From an uncultured Clostridia bacterium (GTDB taxonomy: Bacteria > Bacillota > Clostridia > Christensenellales > CAG-138): a stretch of 64,000 nt of DNA. Each line of letters begins with the position of its first letter. Within the stretch, counting starts at the first letter, position 1. The stretch covers positions 24,574-88,573 of the forward strand of contig CAMVNO010000003.1 in assembly GCA_947168855.1 (NCBI GenBank), in the 5' to 3' direction. A program made the position numbers and the translations under genes. The notes under the pieces are model-generated. The model did no database searches. It had not been told where the DNA came from and saw only the letters and a program-made list of their open reading frames with translations. This document shows positions 28,349-36,539 of the stretch, piece after piece.

Positions 28349-29331
28349 ATTATAAGCCCGTCCTTCTTTGTTTTTACACAGATCAAATTCTCACTGTCAT
28401 AATCGGAGTCATACTGCCAAACGTTTTTTTCATCCACATCCGGTCGGGGCGGCGGCGGTGGAGGATGCTTTTTGACTTTGATCACGTTGGTTTGCGTCTT
28501 CGGCAGATGCCGCTTCAACGTGCGGCTGATACCGCCGCGGAAGTTCGTATGCAGCATGGCGTCCGCATATTCCTCGAGAAAAAACCTCTCGGTATTCGTC
28601 AGATCCGTTCGTCCCGTGCGCTTTTGCAGATACGCGAAGACCTTTTTCTGCAGTTTCCTTTCCAGCGCCGTTTTGATTTTTCGGATCGCCCGGAGCGAGA
28701 CGCCTTTCATTTCCGCAATCGGTTTTGTCTTCCATTCCCGCAGGAAATAGAAATACGCAACCATTTTCTGATCCACTGTCAGCGCATCATACTGCCGCGA
28801 ATAGAAAGCCTTTGCAATCAATTCTTTCAGTTCATACGGGCAATCGTAAAGGGCATCAATGAAATCGCCGTGCTGCAAACTTTTTTCAACCGGCAGATTC
28901 ATCCAAGCGGGAAACAGCTTCGGGAGCACCGACATTTCAAATTCCCACGGCAGATCTCCGCGCGGCAGTTCGTTCGCGTGGATCGTCCGTTCTCTGTTCT
29001 CGACCTTTTTATCGTATTCTTTCATCTCCTTTTCGATTGCCTTTACAGTCGGATCACCGTACTCGATCCGGCGCAATCCCTCATCCAGAACTGCCTGTTT
29101 CAAGTCCTCTGTTTTCTGTTCTTCTTCCGATTTTTCTTCCGGAAATTCCGGTTCGGCAGCGCTCCATTCCGCCATTTCTTCCAGTTGTTCGGTGCGCTTT
29201 TTGATAGTATCATAATCCAGGACAAGCTCATCGGGCGAGCTTGCCTCTTCATTCCAGTCCGTATAATCCGGCGAAAAACGAAGGTATTCTTCTTCATCCA
29301 GCATGTCGATTACTTCCATTTCAACGTTCAC
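28345..29331 (-). CDS. Hypothetical protein with sigma-70 region-4-like HTH
   Basis: 328 aa with an acidic N-terminus, an HTH-like segment (PIAEMKGVSLRAIRKIKTALERKLQ) and a proline run. Confidence 0.6.
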   Translation of the reverse strand: MNVEMEVIDMLDEEEYLRFSPDYTDWNEEASSPDELVLDYDTIKKRTEQLEEMAEWSAAEPEFPEEKSEEEQKTEDLKQAVLDEGLRRIEYGDPTVKAIEKEMKEYDKKVENRERTIHANELPRGDLPWEFEMSVLPKLFPAWMNLPVEKSLQHGDFIDALYDCPYELKELIAKAFYSRQYDALTVDQKMVAYFYFLREWKTKPIAEMKGVSLRAIRKIKTALERKLQKKVFAYLQKRTGRTDLTNTERFFLEEYADAMLHTNFRGGISRTLKRHLPKTQTNVIKVKKHPPPPPPRPDVDEKNVWQYDSDYDSENLICVKTKKDGLII

Positions 29332-29827
29332 CTACCTTCATTTTATCGATCATCATGTCCAAAAGTCTTCCCAGCATTCCTGTTCATCTTACCATATCCT
29401 ACAAAAACAACTGTCCGATAAATGGGACGACAAAAAGTTTTTAAAACTTTTTTCGGAAAGTGGTACCGATTTTCGGGTCCAGATTTCCTAATATATAGAG
29501 GCAGATTTTACGAGCGCTGCCCCATTTTTTGAGGAAGGAGGATAAACCGGGATCGCACCGCGCCGCGGGAAGGGAACAGTTCGGACAGAGTCTTTGCATC
29601 GAGCGCAGAATATCTGCGCTTTTTTCGTATGAAAACGATGCATCATGGAAGACGGAAATCAAAAATCGCGCCGCAAACAGCGGGGGAAAGGATGTGTATG
29701 AAACACGAAAACAACAACGCTGCCGGGCAAATGAACGCCCGAATCGTCATGTGCATGATCCGTAAAATAGCGGAAGCGCATGACCTGAACCGCATTTTAG
29801 AACAGAAACACAAGGAGGAAAAACACA

Positions 29828-30283
29828 ATGAAAATGCACTATGTGATGCTGAAACGGTACGGCGAGTTCGTGCCTGCAATCAAATGGGAAGGCAATGTGT
29901 ACAGCATTGCCGATTATATCGGGGAGACGGTCGGCAAGGTTCGGCTTGTTTTCTTCGATGAGGAAGACAAAAAGTACGGGATCCTGGTCGACGGTGAATA
30001 CGGCGACAAAGTATGGATGCCGCTCGGACAGTGGCCTTGGCTGAAGGTGAGGGAATACGTCAGCGCAAACCCGGGAGCAACCTTCTGGTTTGTGACGAGC
30101 TATTCGGAAAAACGCGGTCGCGTGAAGATCCGGAAAGTCGCATGGTTCTATGAGCCGGAAGAGGAAGAGGACTCCGTCCAAAACCGTAACGAGCAGGGAA
30201 CTTGTACGGCAAGTTCCATGCCGCCGAACGGGTCGGCGGGTTCTTTAGGGGCCACCCCTAACACCCCGGAGGCAGACGCATGA
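29828..30283 (+). CDS. Hypothetical protein
   Basis: 151 aa. RBS aaggagg. Overlaps the mobC start by 4 nt. Confidence 0.55.
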   Translation: MKMHYVMLKRYGEFVPAIKWEGNVYSIADYIGETVGKVRLVFFDEEDKKYGILVDGEYGDKVWMPLGQWPWLKVREYVSANPGATFWFVTSYSEKRGRVKIRKVAWFYEPEEEEDSVQNRNEQGTCTASSMPPNGSAGSLGATPNTPEADA

Positions 30284-30549
30284 AGGAACGGCTGGAGGTT
30301 CGTCTGAGTGAAGACGATAAGGCCGCGATCCGCGCCAAGGCGAAAGCCTGCGGGCTGAGCCAGAGCGAGTACATCCGGAAGCGTGCGCTGGGATATACGC
30401 CGCGCGCAGCGCCGAACGACGCGCTGCACGATCTCACTTCCGGGTTGTGTGAGATCGCAAACCGGAATCTGAGCAAGGAAACGGAAGCCGCACTGCTGAG
30501 CCTGCTGGAACGGATCCGAAAGGAACTGTTCGGTTCCGGAAAGGATTGA
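30280..30549 (+). CDS. mobC: MobC-family relaxosome accessory protein (RHH)
   Basis: RLEVRLSEDDKAAIRAKAKACGLSQSEYIRKRALG is the classic MobC/RHH pattern. Immediately upstream of the relaxase gene. Confidence 0.85.
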   Translation: MKERLEVRLSEDDKAAIRAKAKACGLSQSEYIRKRALGYTPRAAPNDALHDLTSGLCEIANRNLSKETEAALLSLLERIRKELFGSGKD

Positions 30550-30550
30550 C

Positions 30551-31849
30551 ATGGCGACAACGGGATTCTGGCCTGTCAAGGGTCATCTGCGCGATGTGCT
30601 GGTGTACGCCGACAATCCGGATAAAACCACAGACCCGGCGTATGTGGACGAAGACCTTCGGCAGGCATTGCAGTATGCCGCCGCGGACCGGAAGACGGAT
30701 CGGCAGATGTACGTCTCGGCTTTGAACTGTCCGAAGCAGCAGGCATACGAATGGATGACGGAGACGAAAAAACGGTTCGGAAAGATGGGAGGGAACGTAG
30801 CCTACCACGGTTATCAGAGCTTCCGAACGGGCGAGGTCACCCCGCAGGAAGCCCATGAGATCGGACTTGAAACGGCTCGCCGCCTGTGGGGCGACAGCTA
30901 CGAAGTCCTGGTGACGACCCATCTGAACACGGACAATCTGCACAATCACTTCGTTGTGAACTCGGTATCGTTTCGGACCGGCCGCAAATATGAAAACCAT
31001 CAGCGTGATCATTACCGGCTGCGTGAGATCTCGGACGAGCTCTGCCGCGAACATGGATTGTCCGTGATCGAGCGTCCGTCCCGGCGGTCCGAATCGTATG
31101 CCGAATGGCGGCTGCATCAGAACGGTCAATGTACGCGCAAGGACATCCTTCGGATGGATTTCGAGGAAGCGCTTTCCAAAGCGCTCGATCTCGACAACCT
31201 GTACGACCTGATGGAACAGCGCGGGTACACGGTCTTTCTGCACAGCAAGTATCCGTCGTTCCTTCCGGAAGGCGGAAAGAAACCGCTGCGGCTGAAACGC
31301 AACGGCAAGTCGCTGACCGAAGACGATCTGGAAGCCTTGCTGGACGAATCACTGACCGATCCGGACTCTGTGATCATTTCGCACAAGGTATACAAACCGA
31401 ACATTCCCTATGGTAAACAGCATGGATTCAAGGCACTGTATCTCTCCTGGATGTACGTGCTCGGGATCCTCGGCCAGGGAAAGCAGATCACATACCGCGT
31501 ACCGTATGCGGAACTGCAGAAGTTCGAACAGTACAAGCGCCAGCAGGAATACATCGACAAATACGGCATCGATACGGATGTGCAGCTCGCGGATCGCATG
31601 AAAGCACTGAAAACGGAGGAAGCCGATCTGACCGGAAAGCGGGCGGCGCTGCGTTTGGAAAAGCGCAGAGGCACTGCCTCAAAAACGGACGTATCGGCTT
31701 TGACCGCAAGGCTTCGCGCGGTCCGGAAGGAACTGGATATCTGCGGGAAGATCGCGGCGAATGTCCCGCGCATGAAACAGATGCTGCGGGAGGACGATCC
31801 GTTCGACCGCGGCGAACAGAACAGAGAACAACACTATGAGCGCTCGTGA
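30551..31849 (+). CDS. Relaxase/mobilisation nuclease domain protein (MobA/VirD2 family)
   Basis: 432 aa. Histidine triad region HLNTDNLHNHFVVNSV. Paralogous to 54113-55486. Confidence 0.88.
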   Translation: MATTGFWPVKGHLRDVLVYADNPDKTTDPAYVDEDLRQALQYAAADRKTDRQMYVSALNCPKQQAYEWMTETKKRFGKMGGNVAYHGYQSFRTGEVTPQEAHEIGLETARRLWGDSYEVLVTTHLNTDNLHNHFVVNSVSFRTGRKYENHQRDHYRLREISDELCREHGLSVIERPSRRSESYAEWRLHQNGQCTRKDILRMDFEEALSKALDLDNLYDLMEQRGYTVFLHSKYPSFLPEGGKKPLRLKRNGKSLTEDDLEALLDESLTDPDSVIISHKVYKPNIPYGKQHGFKALYLSWMYVLGILGQGKQITYRVPYAELQKFEQYKRQQEYIDKYGIDTDVQLADRMKALKTEEADLTGKRAALRLEKRRGTASKTDVSALTARLRAVRKELDICGKIAANVPRMKQMLREDDPFDRGEQNREQHYERS

Positions 31850-31889
31850 CCCGGGCGCTCAAATCATTTTCAAAAGAGAAAGGAACTGT

Positions 31890-32780
31890 ATGAAAGAAAC
31901 GACAAAGAAAGAAACCATCGGAACCATCACCGAACTGCCGCTGGAGCTCCTCGTCGCATTCGCGGAGCATCCGTTCAAGCCCTATTCCGGAGAACAACTG
32001 TGGGATCTGGTCAAGAGCATCGAGGAACACGGCGTTCTGACGCCGATCCTGGTGCGTCCCGCGCCGGACGGTCAGCGCTATGAGATCATCTCCGGGCACA
32101 ACCGCGTGAACGCAGCCCGCCGCGCCGGGCTGAAGACGATTCCCGCCACGGTTCGCGAAATGGACGATGACGAGGCGACGCTCGCCATGGTTGAGAGCAA
32201 CTTGCGCCAAAGAGAGCAGCTGCTTCCCAGCGAAAAGGCGAGGGCGTATAAAATGCGGGTGGATGCATTGAAAAAGAAAGCTGGACGTCCGTCAAATAAT
32301 CTGTCCCAAGTTGGGACAAATAAACGGACTGATCAGGTCGTTGCTGAAGAGGTCGGAGAAAGCCGAAACCAAGTTCAGCGTTACATTCGCCTGACCAAAC
32401 TCATCACGCCGATTCTGGACATGGTCGATGAAAAGCGCATGGCCATGGGTCCTGCGGTCGAGCTGTCCTATCTGAATCGGGACGAGCAGGAAATGCTGCT
32501 CGATCTGATGCAGATCGGGGATTGCACGCCGTCGCTTTCGCAGGCGATCCGGCTCCGGAAGCTTTCCGAAGCGGGCAATTTCGATTCCGATCATCTGGAC
32601 GAGATCATGGACGAGGAAAAACCGAACCAGCGTGAGAAGGTCACTTTCAAGCTGGAGGATCTGATCCCGTTCTTCCCGGAAGCGCAGTCCGTCGGCGAGA
32701 TCCGTGACATCATCATGAGCCTGATCGAGCGCGAAATGAAGCGCCGCCGAAAGGAGCGAAGCAATGACCGCGACCGATAA
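31890..32780 (+). CDS. ParB/Spo0J-like N-terminal domain protein
   Basis: GVLTPILVRP...IISGHNRVNAARRAG...LLPSEKARAY. ATG 31890 is preferred over 31836. Confidence 0.85.
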   Translation: MKETTKKETIGTITELPLELLVAFAEHPFKPYSGEQLWDLVKSIEEHGVLTPILVRPAPDGQRYEIISGHNRVNAARRAGLKTIPATVREMDDDEATLAMVESNLRQREQLLPSEKARAYKMRVDALKKKAGRPSNNLSQVGTNKRTDQVVAEEVGESRNQVQRYIRLTKLITPILDMVDEKRMAMGPAVELSYLNRDEQEMLLDLMQIGDCTPSLSQAIRLRKLSEAGNFDSDHLDEIMDEEKPNQREKVTFKLEDLIPFFPEAQSVGEIRDIIMSLIEREMKRRRKERSNDRDR

Positions 32781-33018
32781 AAATGTGCAATCGTACAATC
32801 GCCGCACATTTGACCGCGCTCGTTCGAAACGTGATAATAAATGCAGGGTGCCGGTTTCTGCGCATTTCGTCTTCGATGAAAACAAGCAGACAGTGAGGGA
32901 TTTCGAATACGAAGAAGTCTCTTTGGCACTGATCGTCGATCAACTCACGCAGAAGTTCGGCGTGGATCTGGAGATGCTTGAGAGCATCGCCGCAGAGAAA
33001 GGAGAACAAGCCCAATGA
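32764..33018 (+). CDS. Hypothetical small protein
   Basis: 84 aa. Overlaps both neighbours. Confidence 0.45.
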   Translation: MTATDKNVQSYNRRTFDRARSKRDNKCRVPVSAHFVFDENKQTVRDFEYEEVSLALIVDQLTQKFGVDLEMLESIAAEKGEQAQ

Positions 33019-34508
33019 AAGTGGCCATCTATACTCGGTTCAGTTCAAATAACCAGACAGAAATGAGCACCGCCGCACAGGTCCGCGCATGCCGCGAATT
33101 TGCGGAGCACAGTGGGATGGAGATCTATAAGATCTATTCCGACGAAGCCATTTCCGGAACCGAGGAGAAGACCGACGCCCGCCAGCAGTATCAAAGACTG
33201 CTGGCGGACGCCAAACGTCATCTCTTCGATATGATCCTGATCCATAAATACGATCGCATTGCGCGTTCGCTGGAAGAGCATGTGCGCTTGTCCGCGCTAA
33301 CGAAAAAAGAAAAGATCCCGATCGTCGCGGTTGCGCAGAATTTCGGCGACAGCATCGAAGGCGACTTCGCCAAGCAGATGATGTGGGTCCTTTCGGAGTA
33401 TTACAGCAAGAACCTGTCCAAAGAGACGAAGAAGGGGCACAAAGAGGCGGCACTGAAGGGCCTGCACAACGGCGGTGTTCCTCCGTTCGGATATGACGTG
33501 GTCGACCGGCATTACGTAATCAACGAGACCGAGGCGTACTATGTCCGCAAGATGTTCGAATCGGCGCTGAAACGGGAAAGCCGGACAAAGCTGATCGAAG
33601 AGCTTCGTCGCGCGGGTATCAAGGGTAAGCGGGGGAAGCCCCTGGGTTATCCGTCGATCTACGAGATCCTTCGGAACGAGAAATACACGGGCACATATCT
33701 GTACACGGTCGACGAGGAAGAGAACAGGGTAGACCGTCGGTCCAAGCCGAACGCCATTCGCATCGAGAACGCCTTTCCGGCGATCATCAGTAAAAAGACA
33801 TACAAGGAGGTTCAGAAAATCATGGACGAAAGAAAACAGACGGGAAAGCATTCGGACTATCTGTGCCGCGGGATCGTATACTGCACCTGCGGCGCGAAGA
33901 TGCATGCGTCCGTATGGAAGCTCAAGAACGGGAAAAAGCATGTGTATCGCTGTAAGGCGGATTGCGGCATGAAGCCGATCCCGATGGAACTGGTCGACAA
34001 AGCTGCAACGGATTATCTGGATGAGTTCTTGTCCGCGGAAATGCAGCTGAAGATCGCGGCGTTCCTGCGAAACTATAAGAACCATCAGGCGGACGTGCAG
34101 TCGGGATTCGAGGCGGCGCGGAAAAAGCAGATCGCCGAGAAACAGGCGGCATATGACAATCTGATGAAAAACATGATGTCCGGTGTGCTCAGTGAGGATC
34201 TGATCAAAGAGATCAACGACCGTCTGACCGCGATCAAAGGTGAGATCGAAACGCTGGAGAACGCGGAACCGCCGAAGGATTACACCATGGAGACGATCCT
34301 CGAGTGGCTGGATTCCATCAAAAAGGCGCCGGATCAGCGTGCAATGGAGCTTTTGATTAGGAAAATCACCGTTTCCCGTGAGAATAACAAAACAGACTTC
34401 AAAATCGAATCGAATCTGAAGTCTGTCTGCGTGGAAATGGTTGCGGGGGCAGGACTTGAACCTGCGGCCTCCGGGTTTATGAGTCCATTAAATGGGACAG
34501 CAAAATAA
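33015..34508 (+). CDS. Large serine recombinase
   Basis: N-terminal resolvase domain (VAIYTRFSSNNQ...), a recombinase domain, a zinc-ribbon region (CTCGAKMH...YRCKADC) and a coiled coil. The last ~23 codons are antisense tRNA sequence. Confidence 0.9.
   Translation: MKVAIYTRFSSNNQTEMSTAAQVRACREFAEHSGMEIYKIYSDEAISGTEEKTDARQQYQRLLADAKRHLFDMILIHKYDRIARSLEEHVRLSALTKKEKIPIVAVAQNFGDSIEGDFAKQMMWVLSEYYSKNLSKETKKGHKEAALKGLHNGGVPPFGYDVVDRHYVINETEAYYVRKMFESALKRESRTKLIEELRRAGIKGKRGKPLGYPSIYEILRNEKYTGTYLYTVDEEENRVDRRSKPNAIRIENAFPAIISKKTYKEVQKIMDERKQTGKHSDYLCRGIVYCTCGAKMHASVWKLKNGKKHVYRCKADCGMKPIPMELVDKAATDYLDEFLSAEMQLKIAAFLRNYKNHQADVQSGFEAARKKQIAEKQAAYDNLMKNMMSGVLSEDLIKEINDRLTAIKGEIETLENAEPPKDYTMETILEWLDSIKKAPDQRAMELLIRKITVSRENNKTDFKIESNLKSVCVEMVAGAGLEPAASGFMSPLNGTAK
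34438..34483 (-). repeat. Direct repeat of the tRNA-fMet 3' half (att remnant)
   Basis: 34438-34477 is identical to 60718-60757 (40/40). After one extra T, atgag matches 60758-60762. Confidence 0.9.
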
Positions 34509-34531
34509 CGCCCAAAAACCTCAAAAAGTGC

Positions 34532-34801
34532 CTATTTTACTGACTTTTTCAGCATTTCATTCAGTACCAAGAAATCCAAAGAAAAACATACAATTTCAAC
34601 CAAAGTGTCGTCATTTTTGTCGTCAAAATCAGCATAAATCGGCTGCATAATCGTATCAAAACTGTATATACATTTTGGTTTCAAAGCTGTATTTTGCATC
34701 GTTTCTTTAGCCTCAGAAATGGATATGCGTTTTTTTCGCTTAATGTCAAGAAGGGAAGCAAAACCGAAAAGCGGCAAATAAGTATTCTGGGGAAAAGGCA
34801 A
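34532..34801 (-). CDS. Hypothetical protein (possibly a gene fragment)
   Basis: 89-aa AT-rich ORF with a TTG start. No recognisable motif. Confidence 0.3.
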   Translation of the reverse strand: MPFPQNTYLPLFGFASLLDIKRKKRISISEAKETMQNTALKPKCIYSFDTIMQPIYADFDDKNDDTLVEIVCFSLDFLVLNEMLKKSVK

Positions 34802-34930
34802 AGTAGTTACATTTGAATAATGCGAGTTATCAGATCAAGAATTTATGAAAAAAATAAAATCTGATTCGATAACTTGCTTTTTTTAGTTATTTACGGTATG
34901 ATAAAGGCAGAAACATTTGCGGAGGTCGGA

Positions 34931-36160
34931 ATGGAACTATATAAACGCGAAAACTATCTGAAAAAGATCAGGGGTTTTTATCACGCGACGGACATCATCA
35001 AGGTGATCACCGGCGTGCGCCGCTGCGGAAAATCCACGCTGATGCAAATCGTTGCGGATGAGCTGCGCGGCGCGGGCGTAAGCCCGGACCGGATCGTGTT
35101 TCTGAATCTCGACAAGCGGGAATACCGCAGGATCAAGACGGCGGATCAGCTCGATGCGCTGATCGCGTCATTCCCGAAAAGCGGCGAGCCGACGTATCTG
35201 TTCATCGACGAGGTACAGAACGTCGAGGACTTCGAGGAAGTCATCAATGGTTATCGCGAGGACGGCAGCTATTCGATTTTCATCACGGGTTCCAATTCCT
35301 ACCTGCTTAGCGGCGAACTTGCCACAAAGCTCACCGGCCGATATATCGAGATCGAGCTGTATCCGCTGACCTTTGACGAATACCTGCAGATGAAGGCGTT
35401 TTACGGGAAGCCGGCCGATCCGAACCTCAGCGTCGAACTGAACCGCTATATCTTAGAAGGCGGCTTTCCACGCGCGATCCAATTCGACGATCTTGCGGAC
35501 AAGCGCAGCTATACGGAAAGCGTCGTGACCGAGATCTTCGAGAAGGACATCCGCAAGCGCGTCAAGATCAAGAACAAAGAGGCGTTCGACGCCGTGCGGC
35601 GGTTCATCATCAACAACTTCGGCGCGACGGTCAGCGTCAATAGTCTCACGGACGCACTGAACAAAAACGGCTTGAGCATCACGCGTGCAACGGTGACAAA
35701 GTACATCACCGCGCTGACGGAGGCGAAGATCCTCTACGAATGCGAACGGTTCGATATGAAATCGAAGCGTGCGCTCAAAGGCGAGAAGAAATATTATCTG
35801 TCCGATCTCAGCTTCTATTTCTGCGACAATACCGATAACCGCATCAACTTCGGTCCGGTTCTCGAAAACATCGTCTGCTTCTATGCAAAGAGCCGCGGCT
35901 ATCGTGTCAGCGTCGGACGGATAGGGAACCTCGAATGCGATTTCATCCTGCGCGATCGGGACATGAACTACGCCTATCTGCAGGTCGCCTACACCATTGC
36001 GCAGAGCGAGCAGACCGAGGAGCGCGAATACCGCCCGTTGGAGCAGATCCGGGACAATTATCCAAAATACCTGCTGACGACGGATTACCTGCTCCAGAAA
36101 CGCAACGGCATTCATCACGTCAACCTGATGGATTTCATGCGCGACGGGAAAGAGTTTTGA
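34931..36160 (+). CDS. AAA+ ATPase with DUF4143-type C-terminus (COG1373-like)
   Basis: P-loop GVRRCGKSTL and Walker B LFIDEVQ. ATG 34931 follows ggagg. Confidence 0.8.
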   Translation: MELYKRENYLKKIRGFYHATDIIKVITGVRRCGKSTLMQIVADELRGAGVSPDRIVFLNLDKREYRRIKTADQLDALIASFPKSGEPTYLFIDEVQNVEDFEEVINGYREDGSYSIFITGSNSYLLSGELATKLTGRYIEIELYPLTFDEYLQMKAFYGKPADPNLSVELNRYILEGGFPRAIQFDDLADKRSYTESVVTEIFEKDIRKRVKIKNKEAFDAVRRFIINNFGATVSVNSLTDALNKNGLSITRATVTKYITALTEAKILYECERFDMKSKRALKGEKKYYLSDLSFYFCDNTDNRINFGPVLENIVCFYAKSRGYRVSVGRIGNLECDFILRDRDMNYAYLQVAYTIAQSEQTEEREYRPLEQIRDNYPKYLLTTDYLLQKRNGIHHVNLMDFMRDGKEF

Positions 36161-36200
36161 AAAGGCATTCATCTGAAAGAGGATGCAGAGGATATAAACA

Positions 36201-36440
36201 ATGGCATTCAAGGCGTGGCAACTTGCCGCATTGGAAGAATACGGCTATATGGACACCGACGACGGGCTGATCAACCACGTCGCGCGGCGGCTTGCAGAGA
36301 GCCCGAACGATACGATTGACACAGCGGAGTTCCGCTCCGCCTGCATTACCTCCGGCGTGGATCCCGATTTGTTCACTCAAAGCGATCTCGACAAGCTGCA
36401 GCGAAAAATGAATGAGATCGCATATACTAAAACGATATAA
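36201..36440 (+). CDS. Hypothetical small protein
   Basis: 79 aa with backbone-like codon usage. No motif recognised. Confidence 0.45.
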   Translation: MAFKAWQLAALEEYGYMDTDDGLINHVARRLAESPNDTIDTAEFRSACITSGVDPDLFTQSDLDKLQRKMNEIAYTKTI

Positions 36441-36451
36441 AGAAAGTATTG

Positions 36452-36480
36452 TTGTATTAACGATATATCGATGGTATAGT
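36452..36480 (+). promoter_or_regulatory. Candidate promoter of the SNF2...Res operon, with a palindrome in the spacer
   Basis: TTGTAT at 36452-36457, a 17-nt spacer containing the perfect palindrome CGATATATCG (36461-36470), and TATAGT at 36475-36480. Confidence 0.4.
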
Positions 36481-36539
36481 ATCTGTTATACTAGAAAAAA
36501 GATAGCAAAGAACTAAGTTGAATGGTTTAGAGGCGGGGT

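Larger units (their letters stand above)
27449..34508. mobile_element. Mobilisation/recombination backbone A (accessory pair, MobC, relaxase, ParB-like, large serine recombinase)
   Basis: Gene content is typical of integrative mobilisable elements. Ends at the tRNA-derived repeat at 34438-34483. Confidence 0.55.

Noticed and set aside
27404-29421. Plus-strand ORFs of 332 aa (27404-28402) and 318 aa (28465-29421)
   Set aside because: Their composition is F/R/H/I-rich and implausible, and they have no RBS. The minus-strand ORFs have sensible composition, a zinc ribbon or HTH motif and a 4-nt coupled overlap.
29629-29827. Small ORF (MKHENNNAAGQMNARIVMCMIRKIAEAHDLNRILEQ...) upstream of 29828
   Set aside because: A plausible RBS precedes the ATG at 29698, but the frame overlaps the next gene extensively and no motif is recognisable. 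The evidence is too weak to list it as a feature.
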